A stretch of DNA of 64,000 nt from an uncultured delta proteobacterium (lineage in GTDB: Bacteria; Desulfobacterota; Binatia; Binatales; Binataceae). The notes beneath the pieces are model-generated. The model had not been told where the DNA came from, searched no databases, and worked only from the letters and a program-made list of their open reading frames with translations. The translations under genes and the position numbers were made by a program. The stretch is from assembly GCA_963808235.1 (NCBI GenBank), contig CAWEEQ010000004.1, forward strand, positions 1,184,001-1,248,000. Direction: 5' to 3'. The number at the start of each line of letters is the position of its first letter. The stretch's first letter is position 1. Positions 57,358 to 64,000 of this stretch are shown piece after piece.

Positions 57358-58500
57358 GTGAAAGCTCTCGTAATCGGCGGCGGCATAATCGGCAGTTCGA
57401 TTGCGTGGCGGCTCGCCTCGGAGGGTGTGCAGGTCATCGTCTTCGAGCGCGGCCGTCTCGGCGTCGAAGCGTCATGGGCCGCGGCCGGGCTTATCGGACC
57501 GCAGGCCGAAGCGCATGAACCCGGCGTTTTCTTCGATCTTGCGCTCGCTGGCAAAAGATCTTTCGATTCGATCGTCGATCGGCTGACTCGCGAGAGCGGC
57601 GTCGATCCCGAATACGACCATCACGGGGTCCTCTACGTCGCGTTCGACGACGCGACGCGCTTGCTCTTAAGCGCGCGGGCGCGATGGCAGCGCGCGGCCG
57701 GCGGCGAGGTCGAGGAGCTGACCTCGCGTGAGGCGTTCAAGCTTGCTCCGACGCTATCCGAAAAAATCATCTACGCCCTGCACATGCCGACCAATCGGCG
57801 CGTCGAGAATCGCAAACTCACACTCGCCTACCTCAATGCCGCTACCAACTCAGGCGCCCAGTTCCGCGAGGGCGCGCGCGTCGATTCGATCGCCGTTAAC
57901 TCCGGTCGCGCCACCGGCATCCGGCTCGACGACGGCACGCTCGAGTCGGCCGACGTGGTAATCAACGCCGCGGGCGCATGGGCCGGGGAAATTCGCGGCC
58001 TCGAGAACGATCGCATCCGCTTTTACCCGGTGCGCGGGCAGATTCTATGCTTCGAGGCGCGACCCGGACTGATCGAACCGTCGATCTTCTCCGGCGCCGG
58101 GATTATCGTGCCGCGGCGCGATGGGCGCATACTCGCGGGCTCGATTTTCGAAGATGCCGGCTTCAACAAGAGCGTCACTCTCGACGGGATGGAACGAATC
58201 CTCCGCGCCGCGCGCGCATTGGTCCCGAGTCTCGCGTCGATTCCGTTTCGAGAAGCGTGGGCCGGCTTGCGCCCCGCGACTGACGACTTGCTGCCGGTCC
58301 TCGGTCCGTCTCCAACAGTCGCAAACGTCCTCTACGCGGCCGGACACTTCCGCAGCGGCATCCTGCTCTCCGCGCTGACCGGAGAAGTGATCGCCGACCT
58401 GGTAAAAGGCCGCAACCCCGCGATCGACCTCACACCATTTTCGCCCGCAAGATTCCGCGACGGCCTGGCGCGACCGGTAAAGCTCGCCGACATGATCTGA
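57358..58500 (+). CDS. thiO: glycine oxidase
   Basis: IGGGIIG, ASWAAAG, PVRGQI, WAGLRP, GHFRSGILL. Confidence 0.87.
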   Translation: MKALVIGGGIIGSSIAWRLASEGVQVIVFERGRLGVEASWAAAGLIGPQAEAHEPGVFFDLALAGKRSFDSIVDRLTRESGVDPEYDHHGVLYVAFDDATRLLLSARARWQRAAGGEVEELTSREAFKLAPTLSEKIIYALHMPTNRRVENRKLTLAYLNAATNSGAQFREGARVDSIAVNSGRATGIRLDDGTLESADVVINAAGAWAGEIRGLENDRIRFYPVRGQILCFEARPGLIEPSIFSGAGIIVPRRDGRILAGSIFEDAGFNKSVTLDGMERILRAARALVPSLASIPFREAWAGLRPATDDLLPVLGPSPTVANVLYAAGHFRSGILLSALTGEVIADLVKGRNPAIDLTPFSPARFRDGLARPVKLADMI

Positions 58501-58510
58501 GCGCCTCAAC

Positions 58511-58864
58511 ATGAGCACCAAAGTCGCACTCGGCCTTATCCGCGATTTATTCTTCCGCTCCAAGATCGACGCGGTAGCATCCGCGCTCGGCGCTACGATC
58601 GCATACGCGTCCTCGCTCGACGCTGCCGCGCTGCGATGCGGCGAGCTCAAGCCCGACGTCGTCTTCGCCGATCTCTCCGACTCGACGTTTCCCGCACTCG
58701 AAACAGTCCACACGATCCGCGCCGCCGCCCCCGACGCCCGCCTGGTAGGATTCGCCTCGCACATCGACCTGAAACCGCTGAAGGCCGCCAAAGAAGCCGG
58801 CTTCGACCAAACCCTCTCGCGCAGCGAATTCACCGCCCAACTCCCCGATCTGCTGAAATCCTGA
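58511..58864 (+). CDS. atypical single-domain response regulator
   Basis: DLFFRSKI...PDVVFADL...GFASH...AKEAGFD receiver fold; SRS replaces the canonical K-P. Confidence 0.75.
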   Translation: MSTKVALGLIRDLFFRSKIDAVASALGATIAYASSLDAAALRCGELKPDVVFADLSDSTFPALETVHTIRAAAPDARLVGFASHIDLKPLKAAKEAGFDQTLSRSEFTAQLPDLLKS

Positions 58865-59083
58865 CCCGCTCGCATCGAGAGTGTACGCGTGCATCTTTGC
58901 GCATTTTTCCCAGTAAGAAAGATTAATAAAAGTTAAGGTATGCTCACTTGTCTCCATTAGGCGACAGGTGCTAAATAGTGCCATCCGGTTCGTCGTCTCC
59001 TCGCCGTCATCAATTCGCGATGGGCCAATTTATTCGATAGCCCTGTTCGAGCGCGGATTGGACAGGGCGGGGGAGGCCCGAAC

Positions 59084-60535
59084 GTGGAGACTCAGAAGAG
59101 GTTCGCTGTCCCGAGTGCTGTATCAACAACGAGTGCGGTTATCTTTTGCGGACTGATGATCGTCCCCGGACTTGCGATCGTCTCAAAGGCTTACGCCGGT
59201 CCTGCCAATCGCCACGCGAGCACGCAAGCTAACTATCCGATCAATCTGGACGGCTTCGGCGCGCCGCTGCCCGCGGTTGCGCAGAGCATGGCCGACCTGG
59301 GCGTCTTCGCGACCGGCCAGCTCAACTTCAAGGAAATCGACAGCATCCCGCAACTTGGGCCGCTGTTTAATGGCACCACTTGCGCGGGATGCCATTCGCA
59401 ACCCTCGATGGGCGGGGGCGGGCTGTTCATCAACGAAATAAGAGTCCGCAACAACTCCGATCCCGGCCCGGTGCACATCTTCGCGGTGGACAACATGCTG
59501 CGCGACGGTCCGCAGTTGCAAGGCACGCGGACGATTTTCGCCGCCGGCGTGAGCGCCGAGCCGCTCGGATGCCAGATAACGGTGCCGGGGTGCCAACTTT
59601 CCGCCTGTCAACAGGAGGAGGTCTCGCGCACCACGTTCAGTACCAGTCTGCCGACTTGCGACCCGACCAGCGCGGATTACCTCAGCGGCGGCAACTGCGT
59701 AGTCGGCCGCGCCGCAGTCCCGCTCTTCGGCGATGGACTCGTCGAGGCGGTCTCCGACCAGACGCTCAAACAATTGGCACACAGTGAGCCATCTTCGATC
59801 CGCGGCAAGGTCAAGATGGTCACCGAAAATTTCATGTCGACCGCCCACGTCGGCCGCTTCGGATGGAAGGACGACCATGCCTTCCTGCGCGGATTCTCCG
59901 GCGACGCCTACCTGAACGAAGTAGGAATCACCAATCCGGATAATCCGACCGACACCAGCAGCTGCGCGATCGGCGCGACTGCGTACGGGCTGAACCTCGA
60001 GGATACCGGCATCGAGGATGCGACCGATTCCGACGGCCGCGCTGACATCGATCGCTTCTCGGATTTCATGCGCGCCCTCGCGCCGCCGCCCACGCTCCCT
60101 GAAAATCGGTCGGCATTGAGAGGCGCGACGCTGTTCGCCCAAATGGGATGCGCCGGATGCCACACGCCGGCGCTGACCACCGCCTCCAACCCAGCATCGT
60201 TTATCCCCGCGACCACCGGAGGTGTCGCGATCAGCTCGACGCTCAACCACGCGCTCGCTAATCAGACGTTCCATCCCTTCAGCGACTTCCTGCTCCACGA
60301 CATGGGCTCGCTGGGCGACGGAATCGTCTCGGGCGATGCGACCGCCACCATGATGCGCACGGCGCCGCTGTGGGGCGTGCGCGCCCGCTCGGTGTTCCTC
60401 CATGACGGCCGCGCCGGCGATTTGCCAACCGCGATCTCCATGCACGACGGCCAGGGAAAAGCCGCAGCCGCCGCGTTCAACGGGCTCTCGAAGTCGCAAC
60501 AGGCCGATGTTGTTAATTTTCTGAGTACGCTATGA
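59084..60535 (+). CDS. di-heme oxidoreductase (DHOR family), secreted
   Basis: GGAGG RBS, signal peptide, LGPLFNGTTCAGCH, GRFGWK, second CAGCH, SDFLLHDMG, RTAPLWG, LHDGRA. Confidence 0.9.
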   Translation: METQKRFAVPSAVSTTSAVIFCGLMIVPGLAIVSKAYAGPANRHASTQANYPINLDGFGAPLPAVAQSMADLGVFATGQLNFKEIDSIPQLGPLFNGTTCAGCHSQPSMGGGGLFINEIRVRNNSDPGPVHIFAVDNMLRDGPQLQGTRTIFAAGVSAEPLGCQITVPGCQLSACQQEEVSRTTFSTSLPTCDPTSADYLSGGNCVVGRAAVPLFGDGLVEAVSDQTLKQLAHSEPSSIRGKVKMVTENFMSTAHVGRFGWKDDHAFLRGFSGDAYLNEVGITNPDNPTDTSSCAIGATAYGLNLEDTGIEDATDSDGRADIDRFSDFMRALAPPPTLPENRSALRGATLFAQMGCAGCHTPALTTASNPASFIPATTGGVAISSTLNHALANQTFHPFSDFLLHDMGSLGDGIVSGDATATMMRTAPLWGVRARSVFLHDGRAGDLPTAISMHDGQGKAAAAAFNGLSKSQQADVVNFLSTL

Positions 60536-60539
60536 CAGA

Positions 60540-61877
60540 TCAGAAATAAATCGGATCGACGTACAGACCGTGCTCGCGCACGTCGGGGCCCTCCGCGATT
60601 CCCGGGGTCCACATGTTGTACGGCTCGACCTCGCGCGCGAGTGAGCGAAGCGTCTCGATGCCTGGCGATGAAGGCGACGTGAAGATCGAGAGCGTGTCCA
60701 TGCCGCGCTGCTGAATCGATCCGCACCAGGCGCGCAGCAGAGCTTCGAACTCGCGTTCCGCGCCCGGTATGAACGCGTAATCGAGCACCAGGCCGCGAAT
60801 CGACTCGCTGCGTTTGCCGTTGGTCACTGACACCACGCGGATCGACTCGCCCGCGGGCCACACGCCGACCATCGCGCGCTCGGTCATCCAGACTTTGTCC
60901 CATGAATATAGTTCGGGCGCGCGTTCCATCCGTGCACGGAACGAATCGAGTGTATGCGGCACGTACATTTCCTCGCGGCCGTGAAAGGAGTTCAGCATCG
61001 CGACGATCGCGGGCGCATCGGCGGGCGTCGCTGGCCGGCCTGCCGCGGGACCCGCGAGCGTGGCGGATGCCAACTGAATCCGAAGCGCCGTGATGCTCCA
61101 TTTGTTCGGGGTGTTGATAAAGCCGTGCTGCATGCCGGCGTTGTCGACCGAGATGTACGCGTTGGAGCCGTCGACGTTGCTCCAATACTTGTCGAGTATG
61201 CGATTGGCCGCGCCCCATAGGCCCTTGCGCTGATGCTCGGGCAGGACGCGCAGATGCAGAACCGTCACGATGGGGCGCAGGACACCGCCGATTCGCACCA
61301 CGTGCTTAACGCCGCAACTGACCGCGGCAGGAACTCCGTCGACGGAGGCGATTCCGATCGTGCAGTCCTCCATCAGACGCTTAAACGCAAAGTAGTCGCG
61401 GCCGCGTTCGAAGTGGACGTGCGTATCGCCGAGCACGATCGGGACGCGGCGCTCGATGTCGGCGAGGATCGGTGCGTCGGCCTCAGTCGCTTCGCGAACC
61501 TCGAGCTTGAACTCGTACTGCCGCTCCCACGCGATCCGCGACATTCGATATGGCACAGTGTCTTCGACTTCGATCGACAGCAGCCATTTGCGGTTCTTGG
61601 CAGCGGTGACTAGCGCGTCGATCTTGAAATCGGATCGCGCCTCGACCGACAACTCCAATATCTCGCCCATGCGCTGCGCGAAGCCGCGCCAATTCTCGCG
61701 TTCCTGGTAGTCGGCCTCGACGACTCCCATCCGATTCGCGATCCCGGGCATATAACGATCGCGATCGGCGACCGAGGCTCCTTCGCCAGCCGACAGAAGC
61801 ATCCCGAGATACCACTTCATCTGGCGCCCGACGGGAGACTCCGGAATTTCGCTCAGCAGTGTAGAAGCCTTGTCCAT
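60540..61877 (-). CDS. GNAT-domain fusion protein
   Basis: VREATEAD...LRVLPEHQRKGL acetyl-CoA motif, second GRPATPAD repeat; distinct N-terminal domain of about 120 aa. Confidence 0.75.
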   Translation of the reverse strand: MDKASTLLSEIPESPVGRQMKWYLGMLLSAGEGASVADRDRYMPGIANRMGVVEADYQERENWRGFAQRMGEILELSVEARSDFKIDALVTAAKNRKWLLSIEVEDTVPYRMSRIAWERQYEFKLEVREATEADAPILADIERRVPIVLGDTHVHFERGRDYFAFKRLMEDCTIGIASVDGVPAAVSCGVKHVVRIGGVLRPIVTVLHLRVLPEHQRKGLWGAANRILDKYWSNVDGSNAYISVDNAGMQHGFINTPNKWSITALRIQLASATLAGPAAGRPATPADAPAIVAMLNSFHGREEMYVPHTLDSFRARMERAPELYSWDKVWMTERAMVGVWPAGESIRVVSVTNGKRSESIRGLVLDYAFIPGAEREFEALLRAWCGSIQQRGMDTLSIFTSPSSPGIETLRSLAREVEPYNMWTPGIAEGPDVREHGLYVDPIYF

Positions 61878-61892
61878 TGAACTACCGCGCCT

Positions 61893-63929
61893 TCACCCGA
61901 TCCCCAACTGCCACGCGAGAAACGACCACTCGATGGAAAGGTCTTCTATTACCTTGGAGGTCGGCTTGATTCCAGCGTGTCCCGCCTGCGTATCGTGGTG
62001 GAGCAGAATCGGAAGATCCGAGGTCGTCGCGTGCTGCATCCGCGCGATCATCTTACGCGCCTGCGCTGGCGGGACGCGTGTGTCCGCGTCGCCGCTGGTC
62101 AGAAGCATCGCCGGATACTTCGTTCCCGCCGTCACATGCTCGTAGGGCGAGTAGGCGTGGATGAACCTGAACTGCGTAGCGTCGGCGGGGTCTCCATACT
62201 CGAGAAGGGCAGGTGGATTGTTATTCTTCGTGTAGTGATGGAAGCGCAGCAGGTCGAGATCCGGAAGCGCACAGTACACCGCGCGCATCAGGTCGGGCCG
62301 CTGAGTCATCACGGCGCCGACCAGCAATCCGCCGTTGCTTACTCCCGAGATCGCGAGCTTGTCCGGATTGGTGTACTTGTTCGCGATGAGCCACTCGGCC
62401 GCCGCGATAAAATCATCGAAAACGTTTTGCTTCTTTTCGAGCATCCCGGCGCGATGCCACTCTTCGCCGAATTCGCCGCCGCCGCGCAGATTCGGCACCG
62501 CGTAAACGCCGCCTTGCTCGATCCACCATGCGGCGCCGTGCTTGAACTCCGGCGTCATGCTCGCGCCGAAGCCGCCGTAGCCATACATGACGGTCGGCCG
62601 ATTGCCGTCGAGCACAAGACTCTTGCGATGCACGACGAACATCGGCACTCGCGTGCCATCCTTCGACGAATACCAGACCTGGCGCATCTCGAAGTCATCG
62701 GAGTTGAACGGGACGGCGTCGCGATACCAGAGGTCTGATTTTCCTGTCGAACAGTTGTATCGGTAAATCGAGTACGGGGTCGTGTACGATCCGAAGTAGA
62801 CGATGCCCTGGTCGCGGCCGTAGCGTCCGTAGATTCCCGCGGTAACATCGGCGGGCAGGGGCAGCTCGCCGTGCGGCTCGCCGTCGAGCGAGAAGATCGC
62901 GACTCGCGCCGCCACGTTGTGCAGGTAGTTGACGAAGACCTTGTCGCCGATCACCGCGAAGCCCGTATAGCTCCGAATCGAGTCCACGGCCTCGGGCACA
63001 ATCTCTTTCCACTTCTCTCGCGCCGGCTCGCGCAGATCGATTCTGAGAATTCGCCCGTTGGGAGCGTCCCAGTCAGTTTGGACGATCAGGTAGTCGCCGG
63101 CGAATTGCGGATGAAACTTCGCATCGATACCGGTGACCAGCGGCCGAAATGCCGCGTCGTGTTTTTCGCGAAGATCCCGGACGTGGAGTTCGACTTTGCG
63201 CCAGCCCCACCAAACCGCCGCAAGCAGGTAGCTTCCGTCCTCCGACGCGTGCGGAAATATCCCGTTCTCCGGTTGATAGCCGGCGCCGAAAATCTCGGGG
63301 TCCGACACCGCGTCCGTTCCGAGCGCGTGATAGTAGATTCGCCGGCCGACTCCACGACGGGCGCGCGAGTAGTAGAAACCGCTGCCGTCCGCTTTCCACG
63401 AGATTGACTGGTACAGCCCGCGCGGCAGCCGATCGGGCAAGTCGCGCCGCTCGTTCACCTCGAGCACGCGGATTTCGGTCTCGTCCTCGCCGCCATAGCG
63501 GACTTCGTACGCGAGCAGATTCGCATCCTCCGACGGCGCAATCGGCCCGACGCTGATGCTGCGATCGCGGCTCATCGGATGCGGATCGATCAACAATTCG
63601 TCCTGCCCGTCGATTCCCTTGCGCCGATAGACACTCCACAAATCCTGCTCCGAGCCCTTCTTCAGGAAAAAGTAGACGTTCCTCCTTTGGGCAGGCGCGC
63701 CGATCGAGTCATGAGCGAGCATCTCGCGGAGACGGCTTCGGATGCGCTCGCGAATCGGCATCGCACCAAGCACGGAGCGGGTGTAATCGTTCTGCACGTC
63801 GATCCATGCGCGCGTTTCGGGACTGTCCGCATCTTCGAGCCAATGGTACGGGTCGACCAGTTCGACCCCGTGCATGACTTCGCGCAAGTCGTCGCGCCGG
63901 GTCTCGGGCGGTTTGCGATTGTCACTCAT
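61893..63929 (-). CDS. prolyl oligopeptidase (S9A)
   Basis: DPYHWLED, SKDGTRVP, YGYGGF, NLRGGGEFG, GVSNGG (Ser), DTRV (Asp), AGH (His). Confidence 0.95.
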   Translation of the reverse strand: MSDNRKPPETRRDDLREVMHGVELVDPYHWLEDADSPETRAWIDVQNDYTRSVLGAMPIRERIRSRLREMLAHDSIGAPAQRRNVYFFLKKGSEQDLWSVYRRKGIDGQDELLIDPHPMSRDRSISVGPIAPSEDANLLAYEVRYGGEDETEIRVLEVNERRDLPDRLPRGLYQSISWKADGSGFYYSRARRGVGRRIYYHALGTDAVSDPEIFGAGYQPENGIFPHASEDGSYLLAAVWWGWRKVELHVRDLREKHDAAFRPLVTGIDAKFHPQFAGDYLIVQTDWDAPNGRILRIDLREPAREKWKEIVPEAVDSIRSYTGFAVIGDKVFVNYLHNVAARVAIFSLDGEPHGELPLPADVTAGIYGRYGRDQGIVYFGSYTTPYSIYRYNCSTGKSDLWYRDAVPFNSDDFEMRQVWYSSKDGTRVPMFVVHRKSLVLDGNRPTVMYGYGGFGASMTPEFKHGAAWWIEQGGVYAVPNLRGGGEFGEEWHRAGMLEKKQNVFDDFIAAAEWLIANKYTNPDKLAISGVSNGGLLVGAVMTQRPDLMRAVYCALPDLDLLRFHHYTKNNNPPALLEYGDPADATQFRFIHAYSPYEHVTAGTKYPAMLLTSGDADTRVPPAQARKMIARMQHATTSDLPILLHHDTQAGHAGIKPTSKVIEDLSIEWSFLAWQLGIG

Positions 63930-64000
63930 GGCGCAATCCTTTTCTTCGGGATTCGCGACCGTAGTTCAAGTAATGCTTGAAGATCGTATTGCGGTAGCTT

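Noticed and set aside
58969-58984. TGGCAC...GC as a sigma54 promoter on the minus strand
   Set aside because: Spacing is GG-N9-GC rather than N10, and it points away from the DHOR gene.
1-64000. CRISPR arrays, tRNA/rRNA, prophage, transposase or integrase genes
   Set aside because: No regularly spaced repeats, cloverleaf or rRNA signatures, or recombinase motifs found by eye; short or degenerate elements could have been missed.

Overview
GC-rich (roughly 60-65% by eye) bacterial chromosomal window of mostly housekeeping and catabolic genes. I see no rRNA, tRNA, CRISPR array, integrase or transposase. Gene content (F420 biosynthesis and use, a mycofactocin-type SDR, imuA-imuB-dnaE2, split nuo genes) would fit a soil lineage such as Candidatus Binatota, but that is inference only. 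Main blocks: ArnT-like glycosyltransferase, SDR, CDGSH protein, DMT transporter, uppP; an FAD oxidoreductase; glyA followed by a recombination scar (a diverged duplicate of glyA 3' sequence joined to a truncated low-GC gene); a TetR-associated cluster of a salicylate-type adenylating enzyme, a stand-alone PaaA/BoxB-like diiron enzyme and a CADD/PqqC-like diiron oxidase, flanked by SDRs and an F420-dependent LLM enzyme (the best candidate for an undescribed system); an imuA-imuB-dnaE2 cassette with a candidate direct-repeat operator; cofG-cofH-cofD-cofE plus a polyprenyl synthase; 2-oxoacid dehydrogenase E1a/E1b/E2; an MlaE-MlaF-MlaD-PqiC type transporter; a nuoB-nuoF-nuoG mini-operon followed by a candidate structured ncRNA; a 4-PAS hybrid kinase plus Hpt; a PLP lyase, thiO, a di-heme oxidoreductase, a GNAT fusion and a prolyl oligopeptidase. 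Four genes carry single-base insertions near their 3' ends, most likely assembly errors. All family calls come from motif recognition, not database searches.
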